Source: a virus (Duplodnaviria; Caudoviricetes). From it: a stretch of 64,000 nucleotides of DNA. Of the stretch, positions 48,459 to 58,624 are shown piece by piece. The notes under the pieces were generated by a model. It ran no database searches, was not told where the DNA came from, and worked only from the letters and a program-made list of their open reading frames with translations. Numbering within the stretch: the stretch's first letter is position 1; the number at the start of each line of letters is the position of its first letter. Where the stretch lies: positions 8,305 to 72,304 of the IMG/VR virus record IMGVR_UViG_2884366220_000001; one strand, written 5' to 3'. The translations under genes were made by a program, and so were the position numbers.

Positions 48459-48698
48459 ATGGAAAAGAGCCGGGTTTATCAATCGCAGGTCAATACAGGG
48501 CTCAGCCAACTGGCCGAGCGGGCTGAAGAACTAACGATCAGACACAGCGTGCGGGAAAACGTACAGCTGACTGGTGAACAGGAGGCTTTCGGTGTAATCG
48601 GACTAACAGGCATAAACCTTTGTTTCGTGCGAAGTGACCCCAAGAAATGGACACTCGATTTAGATAAGCACACGGTTATACAAGACAATAGCTTATAG
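48459..48698 (+). CDS. Hypothetical protein
   Basis: 79-aa ORF. Confidence 0.45.
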   Translation: MEKSRVYQSQVNTGLSQLAERAEELTIRHSVRENVQLTGEQEAFGVIGLTGINLCFVRSDPKKWTLDLDKHTVIQDNSL

Positions 48699-48766
48699 AG
48701 CCGGTCTTTAACTGCCAATCGGCAGTATTGCCTGGTGTTGTGGAAGCCCTCCTGATCTTGAACAGG

Positions 48767-49102
48767 CTACTCACTGAGCACAAAGGTTACTGTTCGTAAT
48801 CCCCCATCGATACACCTGTCTTTGATGATCAGGCCCGTGTCTTCGTTAAAAAGGCGATCTCCAATGATGGGCAGGCTGCCAAAGCTTTTATGAAAGGCCC
48901 GAATACTGTTGAAACAAATTTCCAGCTGGGCCATGTATTCTATCGCTACATCGGCATCTTCGTACCAGTTAAGTGCCTTGGAGCGGTGCTTGATGCTGAC
49001 CAGCATCCGCTCGGAAAATAAAAATTGGATATGCCACTTATCAATGATCCACCGGGTATCACGGTGGGTATCGACAACAGAACTCTGGTAGTCAGTACGC
49101 AT
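48767..49102 (-). CDS. Hypothetical protein
   Basis: Probable ATG 49102 with A-rich upstream region. Confidence 0.5.
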   Translation of the reverse strand: MRTDYQSSVVDTHRDTRWIIDKWHIQFLFSERMLVSIKHRSKALNWYEDADVAIEYMAQLEICFNSIRAFHKSFGSLPIIGDRLFNEDTGLIIKDRCIDGGLRTVTFVLSE

Positions 49103-49713
49103 TTGATTTGATTGATTAAGTGAGAACGGGGTATTGAAAAAGGCGGTGTTAAGAGCTGGTTGTAGCCAGTAGTGCCGCTCCCAAACAGCCCGTTTATAGC
49201 GCTGTAGTGGTCTCTTAAACTGGCTAGGAGACAGTGGGTCATCCACTGGTTTTGGCTGCAACTCATCTCTCTGGTCGACGGGGTTCGATACAATAAACAG
49301 GGAGCTTACCTGGGCTGAAGCGCGCGTAAAGGTAAGAGGGGGCTTAAACGGCATATTCAGCGGTGATGAATTGTCTGCCGACGCAGGATTACAAACCGCT
49401 GATACAACCATCTGCTGGTAAGGTGGATTAAAGGTACGCCTTATTTAGTAACTAAACGGCAAATAAATATATTCAGCCTATATAATTGGTAGAGATGCTA
49501 CGGGTACTAACTGTCTGCGTGGGGCGCAACACCGCAGGTGTCACGAAAAATTAGTTAGGCCTGGATAAGGCGGTTCAAAAAGGTATACTTTCTGATGCCC
49601 CCGGCTCACCGGGGGCAGACGCTATCGAAAGTGCCAGTTTGAATGGTCCAAAAAGTTAGGTCAGAAAGTTTTTGCTGATTATCTTTATGAACCTACCTAA
49701 ATGAACCTATTCA

Positions 49714-50277
49714 ATGCTTTTTGGCTACGCGCGGGTATCGAGTGCGGATCAGAACCTCGATGTACAAATTGACACGCTGACCAGAGCGGGATGTGACCAG
49801 ATCTTTCAGGAAAAGATCAGTGGGGTCGTCATTGACCGGCCCCAGCTTGGCAAGCTACGCGCAGTGCTGCGGCCGGGTGATACAGTCGTCGTTACCCACC
49901 TCGATAGGCTGGGTCGTGATGCGATGCACATGATGCAACTAGTCAGCGACTGGGCCAAGCAGGGCATTCAGTTTCGTTCGCTGGATCTGGGTATTGACAC
50001 AAAGACACTTAGCGGAAACCTAGTATTGCAAGTATTCGCGGTACTGGCTGAGTACAACCGGAATCTCATCAAGGAAAAGCAGCGAGCTGGCCAAGTACTA
50101 GCTAAAGAGCAGGGTAAGCACATGGGACGCCCGCCTGGTGTTGATGAAGAAAACTATCAAAAAGTAAAAATGGCTTACCAGAAGAAATTATCTATAAACG
50201 AGACTGTTGCCTTAACTGGAGTCAGTCTGTCGAGCGTAAAGCGTTATAGGAAAATAATCGAATCAGGAGAAGTTTGA
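49714..50277 (+). CDS. Serine recombinase (resolvase/invertase)
   Basis: FGYARVSS, LDRLGR and GKHMGRP motifs with C-terminal HTH; res-like repeats (GGTTCA/TGAACC) upstream. Confidence 0.95.
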   Translation: MLFGYARVSSADQNLDVQIDTLTRAGCDQIFQEKISGVVIDRPQLGKLRAVLRPGDTVVVTHLDRLGRDAMHMMQLVSDWAKQGIQFRSLDLGIDTKTLSGNLVLQVFAVLAEYNRNLIKEKQRAGQVLAKEQGKHMGRPPGVDEENYQKVKMAYQKKLSINETVALTGVSLSSVKRYRKIIESGEV

Positions 50278-50348
50278 CTATATAAACAGTACTAGTTGTT
50301 TTAGTGAATTTCAATCGATTTTATAATACTTCAGCTAAGTAAATAATC

Positions 50349-52034
50349 ATGAAAGTTTCTGTAACTGATCCTTCTAAAGCCTTTCAGCATCACATTGATA
50401 ATCCAGAAAATCAACATATTCTTTTTTCAGGTGCTTTTGGCTTTGGGAAATCATATTTTCTAAACGATTTCTTTAGCCGTAATGAGGACAGCTATTCTGC
50501 TTTCTTTATATCACCAGTCAAATATGCAGTAGGGTATAATGAAGATATATTTGACTATATAAAAATAGATGTTGCTTCCGCTTTAATAGCAAGTGGAAAA
50601 CTGCCGATAAACGTTCCTAAACACTTTTCAGAAAGCGAATACTTGAGTTTCTTTATTCGGGAAAATGCAAGCGAAATTTTAAATATTTTATACGAATCTT
50701 TAAAGGATGATAAAGCTGAGAAGATAAAAAAAATTATAGATTCCGTGTCAAAGGTTTTAGATTTCAAAGAGAAATACAACAAGTGGAAAGATACAATACG
50801 AAAAGCTGATAAAAATTTGATTGACAGCCTGAGTGATGTAAGCAAGCAATACCTTGTTCGTAAGGGATCTATTTATGAGGATGATATACTAACACAATTG
50901 ATCAGGGGTTCTGTAGAAAAAATTAGGAACGAAACTTCTACAAAAACTGTGTTAGTTATTGACGATTTCGATAGGCTAGATCCTGAACACATATTTCGTA
51001 TTCTTAATATATTTAGTGTTCATAATAATTATTATGATCAAGAAAATAAATTTGGATTTGATAGAATTATAATTGTGTGCAGTCTGCTGAACATACAGAG
51101 AATATACGAATATAAATATGGAACAGAGGTTGATTTTAATGGGTACATTGAGAAATTTTATTCAACAGACGTATTTTATTTTCATAACCAGAAAGCTATA
51201 TCTGAATTCTGTTCAAGCGAGTTCAGTGCAGACCTAGACGAATATTCTCAGTATTTATTGAGTTATGTTCTCTCCTATTTTGTTGAAAAGGATATAATTT
51301 CTATTCGTAGTATTATAAAGCATTCTAGGACGTTTTTCTTTACGCCCTTCACCCAAAAATTTGTATTAAATGAAAATTTTAGTGAAGTTAAGAATGAACA
51401 AACAACGTTAGTTCCTCCTGTTGATCATAGGTATGGATATACAGAACATTGGCATGAAAAAGTGTGGAGCGAAGATTTTATTGCCCCTTATAGAGCAGAG
51501 ATAAGCACATTTTCTGTCTCCAGCGACGATTTGCCCATTCTTAAAATTTTGAAGATTCTGGTTACAATTTTCGGGGATTATAATAATTTGCTTGAGGTTG
51601 TATCCAGAAACAGAGAGGATAAGTCATTGATACATTTTGATAAAACTATTATATTAATAAAGTCTCTGGCAATATCATGGTATGTCTTTCAAAATTTTAG
51701 TATACCGGAAAATATTATTATTGAAAAGAGACCATTTCCTTATAGTAGAAACGGCAATCGCACATATCAAAGATTCGGTAAGCCAGTTATTAATTTTAAT
51801 GGAATGTTTGAAACGAAAATTCCATTAAAATGGGATCAGACAAATCAATATGATGGTGAGGCAAGTCTTTTTCAAGGAATTGACTACGATAACTGGGAGA
51901 TAGTTTATCCTATCAGAGATCCGCAGTCATTTACCACTGGAACATTAATGGATATGATGAGAGACACCTTATTGCAAATTGAGAGGTGTGGACAACTTCC
52001 TTTATTAGGAATAACTAAAAATAGAAAACTCTAG
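50349..52034 (+). CDS. KAP-family P-loop NTPase
   Basis: Walker A SGAFGFGKS, Walker B VIDDFDRLDP, GYIEKF; strongly AT-rich. Confidence 0.8.
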   Translation: MKVSVTDPSKAFQHHIDNPENQHILFSGAFGFGKSYFLNDFFSRNEDSYSAFFISPVKYAVGYNEDIFDYIKIDVASALIASGKLPINVPKHFSESEYLSFFIRENASEILNILYESLKDDKAEKIKKIIDSVSKVLDFKEKYNKWKDTIRKADKNLIDSLSDVSKQYLVRKGSIYEDDILTQLIRGSVEKIRNETSTKTVLVIDDFDRLDPEHIFRILNIFSVHNNYYDQENKFGFDRIIIVCSLLNIQRIYEYKYGTEVDFNGYIEKFYSTDVFYFHNQKAISEFCSSEFSADLDEYSQYLLSYVLSYFVEKDIISIRSIIKHSRTFFFTPFTQKFVLNENFSEVKNEQTTLVPPVDHRYGYTEHWHEKVWSEDFIAPYRAEISTFSVSSDDLPILKILKILVTIFGDYNNLLEVVSRNREDKSLIHFDKTIILIKSLAISWYVFQNFSIPENIIIEKRPFPYSRNGNRTYQRFGKPVINFNGMFETKIPLKWDQTNQYDGEASLFQGIDYDNWEIVYPIRDPQSFTTGTLMDMMRDTLLQIERCGQLPLLGITKNRKL

Positions 52035-53257
52035 AACCGAGGAAATCTATGAATCTTGTCATCGTTGACCATACGAACCCCAAGGTCACGTAGATACTCG
52101 ATGGTTTGCTTGATGTCGGTGTGCCTAGCCTGCTGCCGGATTAGTTCTATATCCTTCGTAGCATTCCATAGTGCAATGGCCCCGGTATGTTTCCAGGAAT
52201 ACATATCGTGGCCTGAACCAACCATACCGAGCTTTTCAATTACCTGCTGATGCCGGCGGTAGAAGAATTTGGGACCAACGCAGACCGGCCCCGGCTCGCC
52301 TGAAGTGGTGAACACATAGTAGTGACCTGGATACTCGCGGATGCGCTGCTGCTGAATCAGTTCTTCGAGGGGTAGGGGAATGTTAACAAAGCCGCCGTCG
52401 TTGGTTTTGGCTGATTCACCCGTCACGTAGATCATGTGCGTTCGCACGTCGCGCACCCGCAGGAGCCGCAACTCCTCGTGGGGCCGCATGAGCGTATAGT
52501 ACAGCCACCGGTTGAAAGTTAGCAAGTAGTCCAGTCCCAGGTCTTCGCATACCTGCCGGTACTCAGCTTGTTGCCGTTCGGAATACGCCTGGTGCTTATT
52601 GCTGACCTGCGGCAGCTTCTTGATGCTTTTATCCTCGAAGGGATTCCCCGCTTTGCCCAGCTTCTTGGAGCGGTCCAGCCCGATCCAGTGATTAAAGAAG
52701 GTTCCTATGTAGCCTTTGCGGTTATTGCGTGAACGGTTGTTGACGCCCACCACCGTAATCAACTCGTGCAAAAACTCGATAGCGCCGGCCGAACTGAACT
52801 GCGCCAGCGTCGCCTGGGGCCGGTGGTGCCGCTCCAAATAGGCTAGCAGATCCATTACGGCCGTGCGGTAGGATTTGAATGTGTTCCTGGCGTGTACTTT
52901 CTTACAGTACGCCAGGTATTCAGGGACAGCCTTCTCTATGGGGATCGAACCGGCATCGTTCAGATTAAGAACGGGCGGCTCGGGGCGGGGGCGGGCCGTT
53001 TGTTTTGGCTTGGTACCGACGTAGGCTTTTCCCCCTTTCAGGTAGTTGGTCAGTTCCGCGATGATATCCGTCGCAACCCGGTGCCGCTCGGCGACCGAGT
53101 AGCCCGTTACGATCACCCGCTTTCGGACCAGCTTGTTTTTATCGAACGAAAAGACCGAGTAGGTTACGCACCACTGACCGGTCAGGTTCTCGTCGGCGGG
53201 CCTGCTCAGATAGGGAAGCTTGTAGGGGTAATTGCCAGGCTCTAAATCGGTATTCAC
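52031..53257 (-). CDS. int: Prophage tyrosine integrase
   Basis: R (LMRPHEEL), K (SAKT), YSWKHT and RHTDIKQTIEY catalytic residues; likely GTG start at 53257. Confidence 0.9.
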   Translation of the reverse strand: MNTDLEPGNYPYKLPYLSRPADENLTGQWCVTYSVFSFDKNKLVRKRVIVTGYSVAERHRVATDIIAELTNYLKGGKAYVGTKPKQTARPRPEPPVLNLNDAGSIPIEKAVPEYLAYCKKVHARNTFKSYRTAVMDLLAYLERHHRPQATLAQFSSAGAIEFLHELITVVGVNNRSRNNRKGYIGTFFNHWIGLDRSKKLGKAGNPFEDKSIKKLPQVSNKHQAYSERQQAEYRQVCEDLGLDYLLTFNRWLYYTLMRPHEELRLLRVRDVRTHMIYVTGESAKTNDGGFVNIPLPLEELIQQQRIREYPGHYYVFTTSGEPGPVCVGPKFFYRRHQQVIEKLGMVGSGHDMYSWKHTGAIALWNATKDIELIRQQARHTDIKQTIEYLRDLGVRMVNDDKIHRFPRF

Positions 53258-53274
53258 GGTTTTGTCCAACTTAT

Positions 53275-53311
53275 TTTGCCACGGATTTGCCACGGCGTCG
53301 ATTTTTGCCAC
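53275..53311. repeat. Three TTTGCCAC direct repeats (integrase arm-type sites)
   Basis: Copies at 53275, 53286 and 53304 between int and att. Confidence 0.65.
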
Positions 53312-53350
53312 AAAAAAGCCTGTAAATCATTGATCTACAGGCTTTTAATC

Positions 53351-53363
53351 GGTGGAGACGGAG
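53351..53363 (-). other. att-like core: 3' end fragment of tmRNA or tRNA-Ala (CTCCGTCTCCACC)
   Basis: Acceptor-stem-like 3' strand with U70 and A73; flanked by palindromes at 53312-53346 and 53381-53399; lies between two integrases. Confidence 0.55.
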
Positions 53364-53555
53364 ACACAAAGGAGATATATTGTAAGTCATTGACTTACAG
53401 CCTTATAAATGCCATATTAAGCGTTCTGTACCCTTGTGGGTTTACCCTGTACTGTTAAGCTACTCCCAGGAACGTATTGTATTGATCCTAATAGCTTTTC
53501 TTATATGTACCCTTATTGAATAAAGTGACCTAACGCGTAACCCCGTAACCCGTCT

Positions 53556-54158
53556 TTAATGCGGTATAGCTCCAAGTTTCCTATTATAGTGCTTTAAAAA
53601 GAGCTTTGCTTCTCTAGTAGTTGTATCTATAATATCTCTCTGAAATAAGTCTCGGAAAACATAATATAACGCTGAGTGATTGGCATAAAGAATATCATAG
53701 ACCTGCATTAATTCGCTGTTAGTAAATGTTCTGTAAAACATTATATATATTTCATTCTCATCTTCAATGTGTTCTGTGCCTATCCCGGCATTCTCCCCGA
53801 TATTATTAATAGTGTCAATAAAAGTGCTGTAAGTTAAAGCAAGCTTACGCTTCAGAGTTTCTATATATTCTTGAGCAATAAGAACGGTCGGTGTAGGGTC
53901 TTGAGTTTTCTCTCCTAAGTCGCCGTTACTAGTTTCTTTCGGGTTCTCATTGCTTTGTATCCCCCCCCAAGTAATCAGCTCAACAACTGAAACGCGTAAG
54001 GCCTTAGATATTCTCTCTAAGTTATTGAATGTCAATTGATTGCCTCGGTTTTCAAGTCGTGGGTAATTAGTTGCTTCTATACCCAGCTCCTTGGCCATCA
54101 TTGTAGGCGTGATACCTCTCGCCTTACGTATAGCTTTGATGTTGCTAGCAATGTCCAT
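53556..54158 (-). CDS. XRE-family HTH repressor with C-terminal extension
   Basis: NIKAIRKARGITPTMMAKELGIEATNYPRLEN. Confidence 0.85.
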   Translation of the reverse strand: MDIASNIKAIRKARGITPTMMAKELGIEATNYPRLENRGNQLTFNNLERISKALRVSVVELITWGGIQSNENPKETSNGDLGEKTQDPTPTVLIAQEYIETLKRKLALTYSTFIDTINNIGENAGIGTEHIEDENEIYIMFYRTFTNSELMQVYDILYANHSALYYVFRDLFQRDIIDTTTREAKLFLKHYNRKLGAIPH

Positions 54159-54278
54159 AATCACTATTAGATAGCGCAATACTCATCATTAGTGGTAAAA
54201 TAATCATAATCGAACTTGCATAATCAAGAATCAATAGTCGATATTTGAGAGTCGTTTAATGACTACAATAATCATATA

Positions 54279-54500
54279 TTGACTATGAAGGCAGTTTCGA
54301 TCCCTCCAGTAGCGAAAGCCATACAGCTCTACGAACAGCGAACAGGCTTTAAAATCAAGATTGACAAAGATTTCTACCAGAAGGTAGATATAAACTCAAA
54401 ACGCTTCGGCTTGCTGCTCAAAGGGCGTTTGGAACCAAGCTTCGACGAAGTAAAGCGCGTCGTAACTGCCCTGAATATTTCCGTAATCGACTTGCTATAA
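54279..54500 (+). CDS. Small Cro-like HTH protein
   Basis: VDINSKRFGLLLKGRLEPSFDEV; divergent from the repressor. Confidence 0.7.
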   Translation: MTMKAVSIPPVAKAIQLYEQRTGFKIKIDKDFYQKVDINSKRFGLLLKGRLEPSFDEVKRVVTALNISVIDLL

Positions 54501-54575
54501 AAGCAGAAAGCCCTACCGCATCGAGGCCGTAGGGCTTTACCATTTACGTTTTAATTACCTCAAAGTTAACGGTTT

Positions 54576-55847
54576 ATGTTTAAATTACCTGCTTATCGAA
54601 AAGCACAAGATGCTGCCGAAAGGGGGCACAAGTTCAAAGCGCCCACCTGTAATGTTGTATTTATCATGCGTAGCAACTCGGATGCTATATACATTCGAGT
54701 GTCTGTCAACGGTGTTCGATCTACCAACAAATCAACCGGCATAAAAGCCGCTCGTGAGGATTTTGACACGAAAACCCGCACCATTCTGAATGACCCTACC
54801 AATACGGTTCGGCTTCGGAAAATGGAGAGTGCGGTGTATGAGGTGTTCAAAGATCGGGAGATAACCGGGCGCTCATTAGAACCTAACCTGATACGAGATA
54901 TTGCTTTCGGGCTGCGTGGCCACGATGAACAAGAGCCAACCGTTATTGAGGCTATCAGCCTCTATCAGCAATGGCATGAACAGCGCTTTGGTAGCAATGA
55001 CGTATCCATCGGTACGATTCGACGCTACAGGACGTACAAGACGCTGCTCACTACGTTCTTTACCCTTACACCTGGCTACGGGAAAGACACCCGATTTAAT
55101 CAGCTCAAACCGGCTCTACAGTTCCACTTAGTTGATACCTATCTCAAAGCCCAAAAGAAGTACTGCCATAACTACGCCTTAAAGATCTTCCAGTTTTTCC
55201 GGGGCCTGGTGGAGTACGCAATAGCTCACGAGTGGGCGGATCGGAACCCGCTACGGCATGCTCGTATTCGAAAGTATGTCAAAGCGCCGGTTACGCTGTC
55301 GATGGAAGATCTGGCCAAGCTCAAGGCATTCGAGTTCGTAGAACCCCATGCTAACCAGGTGCGGGATGTGTTCTTACTGTGCTGTTATACTGGCCTGGCT
55401 TACAGTGATGTAGCAGAGCTAAGTAGTGCTGATCTAGCCAATATCAACGATGTGGCTTGCATCCTGAAAAATCGCACTAAATCGGGCGTACAAGCCTTTG
55501 TACCTCTTTTCCCCGACGCCCGCGAAATACTCGACAAATACCGCTTTCACGAAGGATGCCGGATGAGTGGAAAGCTAGTACCTGTCTTGTCCAATCCCAA
55601 GATGAACAAGTGGCTTAAAATCATTGGCAATACGGTCGGCATCAAGGAAAGTCTACATACCCACTTAGCCCGTAAAACCTTCACCATGTATTCCGAAGAG
55701 CTTGGTTTTACGCTGAGCGAAATGGCAGTGATGCTCGGTCACACGAATGCGACCATGACCGAGAACCACTACTACAAACGGCGACGGGAGCCGGTAATCG
55801 TGCGCTTCAAAGAGATCTTCAAAAACGAGCAGAAGCAAGCCAGCTAA
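54576..55847 (+). CDS. int: Tyrosine integrase (Bacteroidetes type with arm-binding domain)
   Basis: IYIRVSVNG arm domain; CYTGLAYSD, RTKS, HLARKTF and LGHTNATMTENHY motifs. Confidence 0.9.
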   Translation: MFKLPAYRKAQDAAERGHKFKAPTCNVVFIMRSNSDAIYIRVSVNGVRSTNKSTGIKAAREDFDTKTRTILNDPTNTVRLRKMESAVYEVFKDREITGRSLEPNLIRDIAFGLRGHDEQEPTVIEAISLYQQWHEQRFGSNDVSIGTIRRYRTYKTLLTTFFTLTPGYGKDTRFNQLKPALQFHLVDTYLKAQKKYCHNYALKIFQFFRGLVEYAIAHEWADRNPLRHARIRKYVKAPVTLSMEDLAKLKAFEFVEPHANQVRDVFLLCCYTGLAYSDVAELSSADLANINDVACILKNRTKSGVQAFVPLFPDAREILDKYRFHEGCRMSGKLVPVLSNPKMNKWLKIIGNTVGIKESLHTHLARKTFTMYSEELGFTLSEMAVMLGHTNATMTENHYYKRRREPVIVRFKEIFKNEQKQAS

Positions 55848-55849
55848 GT

Positions 55850-56041
55850 ATGAGAGATCTTTTCAGCTCGGCCTCGTGTGAAGGCTTACCCAACGACCCG
55901 GAGCAGCTCAAAGAGCGTATCCTACGGCAGACGATCCTACTTGGTTTTCAGGTGATCGAGTTGGACGACCAACGGGAGCAGATTCGCCAGCTCCAGAGAC
56001 AAAACCGCCAGCTACGGGCTTTACTGACCCCTACCAATTGA
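55850..56041 (+). CDS. Small coiled-coil protein
   Basis: 63 aa; followed by hairpin at 56051-56076. Confidence 0.55.
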   Translation: MRDLFSSASCEGLPNDPEQLKERILRQTILLGFQVIELDDQREQIRQLQRQNRQLRALLTPTN

Positions 56042-56122
56042 CCAACAAAGAAGCCCCGTCAGAGCTGACGGGGCTTACCTCCATTAGATGCTTTTTAAAT
56101 TACTTTAACGGACGCAAATATA

Positions 56123-57403
56123 GTGAAAATCAATAACTTAACCCAAGAAAACATACTACCAGTTTCCAAAAAGAGGTCTAGTGATAAAGCCGACACACCC
56201 CAACCCGCACCGGCCTTTCAGAGCAAACGGAAAGTCATTGAGGAATATCTTTCCTTCCGATTTCAGTTCCGCTACAATGTGCTCAACGGACGGATCGAGT
56301 GGGGTGGTAAAGCCAAAGGAAACTTTGAGGCTTTGGAGGATTACGCGCTCAACTCTATCATTCGACAGATCGACAACGAAACAGGCGTTGCTACGAGTCC
56401 CGACAAAATGAAGGTTATTCTCAAGTCGGATTTTACGCCCCAATACAACCCCCTGCACGCCTATTTTCAATCACTACCTACACCCCAATCCAGTGGAGCA
56501 CCGACTATCAAAGCGTTGGCCGCAACGGTGCAAACAGAGAGTAATGAGCTATTCTGTTTGAGCCTGACCCGTTGGCTGGTGGCCAGCATTGCTAATGCGT
56601 TCAATCCTGAAGGTTGCCAGAATCAAACCTGCCTGGTACTGACGGGAACACAAGGAGCCTTTAAGACCACTTGGCTCAATATGCTGTGTCCACCGGATCT
56701 ACTGCGCTACCTGTTTTGTGGTAAGATCAATCTGGAAAGCAAAGACACGTTGATTTTGCTAGGGGAGAAGTTTATCGTCAACCTTGACGACCAATTGCGT
56801 AGTCTCAATAAGCGCGACGGGGAGACCGTCAAAACGCTCATTACTCAGGGTAATATAACCGTTCGACGGCCCTATGATGCCCTATCCTCTGAACTGCCCC
56901 GTATTGCTTCATTTCTTGGCAGCGTTAATGGAAACGACTTTCTAACTGATCCAACCGGCAGCCGCCGGTTTCTGCCGTTTGAAGCGTTTAGCATCGACAT
57001 TCAGACCGCGCAGGCCATCGATATCAATCAGGTGTGGGCTGAAGCTTACCAACTCTTTCGTGAAGGCTTTACGTACTGGTTTACTGCTGACGAAACAGCC
57101 TCATTATTTGCCAATAATGAAAACTTTCAGGTTGATTCCCCGGAGTACGAGCTACTACTAGAGTACTATGAACCAGTTGAGAACAGAGAGTGGGCAACCG
57201 CCTTTCTAACCTCAACTGCCATCCTGGCTAATTTGGAAATGTACACCCGTCAGAAACTACGGGCAAAGCAGCTAGGGGAAGCGTTGAGAAAGCTCCAATT
57301 CATGCGTTTCAACAAGAAACTGGGCGGATCTAGTCCGGTTCACGTATGGGCTGTTCGGGAACGCTCCGATCTGGAACGTGAAACTAAGCGGACCAATCTA
57401 TAA
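56123..57403 (+). CDS. VapE/virulence-associated E family (SF3-like) helicase
   Basis: FRYNVL N-terminus; Walker A LTGTQGAFKTT; NLDDQL; FLTDPTGSRRF. Confidence 0.9.
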   Translation: MKINNLTQENILPVSKKRSSDKADTPQPAPAFQSKRKVIEEYLSFRFQFRYNVLNGRIEWGGKAKGNFEALEDYALNSIIRQIDNETGVATSPDKMKVILKSDFTPQYNPLHAYFQSLPTPQSSGAPTIKALAATVQTESNELFCLSLTRWLVASIANAFNPEGCQNQTCLVLTGTQGAFKTTWLNMLCPPDLLRYLFCGKINLESKDTLILLGEKFIVNLDDQLRSLNKRDGETVKTLITQGNITVRRPYDALSSELPRIASFLGSVNGNDFLTDPTGSRRFLPFEAFSIDIQTAQAIDINQVWAEAYQLFREGFTYWFTADETASLFANNENFQVDSPEYELLLEYYEPVENREWATAFLTSTAILANLEMYTRQKLRAKQLGEALRKLQFMRFNKKLGGSSPVHVWAVRERSDLERETKRTNL

Positions 57404-57410
57404 ACGAGCT

Positions 57411-57684
57411 GGTAGCAGGCTAGAAGCAGACAGGTAGCAAGCAAGTAGCAAGATAGATCCTACTACTAGCCTGTGTGGCAGAGAAAAGGTAGAAATCTGA
57501 TAAAACGCTGTGAGTCAGGCAAGTAATAGAATTGATTTATCATTTCTTCCTTTTTCTCCTTGCTACCTTGCTACCAATGGTAAAAAAGCCTTTTACAGCC
57601 ACCAAAGGCAGTTTTATAGTAGCAAGATGATCTTGCTACCACCTTGCTACCAACCTGCTACCGGGAAGGTAGCAAGGTAGCAAG
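57411..57684. repeat. Iteron array (RGTAGCARG, 11 copies in both orientations): putative replication origin
   Basis: Copies at 57411, 57433, 57444, 57618, 57668, 57676 (+) and 57559, 57567, 57632, 57643, 57654 (-). Confidence 0.8.
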
Positions 57685-57739
57685 CTAAAAAGACCAATGT
57701 AGGTAAAACGATAAAAAGCCCACAAAGGAAAAAGTCAAT

Positions 57740-58624
57740 ATGATCGGCTCTCAAACGATACAATCAGCTAAGCAGGTAGCCATTGCCGACTACCTAGCAT
57801 TCAGAGGTTTTCAGCCCGTCAGTCAGCACGGCCAACGGCTCGTATACTACTCCCCGTTCCGGCAGGAAAGTACGCCCTCCTTTTGGGTCAATCCGGCTAT
57901 AAATCGCTATAAAGATTTTGGCTCCAGCGAGACCGGAGACGATGTGATCCGGCTAGTGCAGCGGCTCAACAGCGTCAGCTTTACCCAAGCTGTTGACGAG
58001 CTGAGCCGGTTCGCTGGTTTGGAAAGTAAGCCTGGCTTTTCATTTAGTGGGCCTGTTCACGCCCCCACTGCACAAGCTACTATTTGTTCGATCAAACTGC
58101 TTTCCAATCCGCACTTGATCAGATATGTGGAAAGCCGCAAGATCAGCTACCCGACCGCACGGCGGTACTGCCTGGAGATCTACTACCAGCAGGGCGAAAA
58201 GAACCTATTTGCGCTAGGATTTGCCAACCAGAAAGGCGGCTACGCATTGCGGAATGGAGTAGGGGCTAAGCGCAATATAGGGCCAGCCGGATACACGCTG
58301 ATCGACGCACCTACGGCTGGCAGCATCAACGTCTTTGAAGGGGTGTTTGATTTCCTTTCCGCCCTGGAGTACTACGGCCTACAAACGCCCACTTTCCCTA
58401 CGCTGGTGCTCAACTCAACGACCAATTTGGAAAGTGCTTTCCCATTGTTGGAAAGCTACCAACGGGTAAACGCCTACCTGGATAATGATACAGCCGGAAA
58501 AGCAACCCTAGAACGACTTTCCAATAACGGTTTGTGTGTCGCTGACCGCTCCAGGTTGTACGCTGAGCACAAAGATTTCAATGCGTTCTGGCTGGAGCGT
58601 GCTGCTTTCCATTTACCAGGCTAA
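57740..58624 (+). CDS. DNA primase-like (CHC2-type N-terminus plus Toprim)
   Basis: SPFRQESTPSF, YKDFG, VFEGVFDFLS and YLDNDTAG motifs. Confidence 0.9.
   Translation: MIGSQTIQSAKQVAIADYLAFRGFQPVSQHGQRLVYYSPFRQESTPSFWVNPAINRYKDFGSSETGDDVIRLVQRLNSVSFTQAVDELSRFAGLESKPGFSFSGPVHAPTAQATICSIKLLSNPHLIRYVESRKISYPTARRYCLEIYYQQGEKNLFALGFANQKGGYALRNGVGAKRNIGPAGYTLIDAPTAGSINVFEGVFDFLSALEYYGLQTPTFPTLVLNSTTNLESAFPLLESYQRVNAYLDNDTAGKATLERLSNNGLCVADRSRLYAEHKDFNAFWLERAAFHLPG

Larger units (their letters stand above)
1..53363. mobile_element. Temperate siphovirus-like prophage (left end outside window)
   Basis: Co-oriented head, packaging, lysis and tail genes at 1-39789, cargo, then a tyrosine integrase next to an att-like sequence at 53351-53363. 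Confidence 0.9.

Noticed and set aside
53258-53311. N-terminal extension of integrase from GTG 53311
   Set aside because: Consists of the arm-type repeats; GTG 53257 is more plausible
53340-53420. Complete tRNA or tmRNA gene
   Set aside because: Only 13 nt resemble a 3' end; no T-arm (GTTCGA) adjoining
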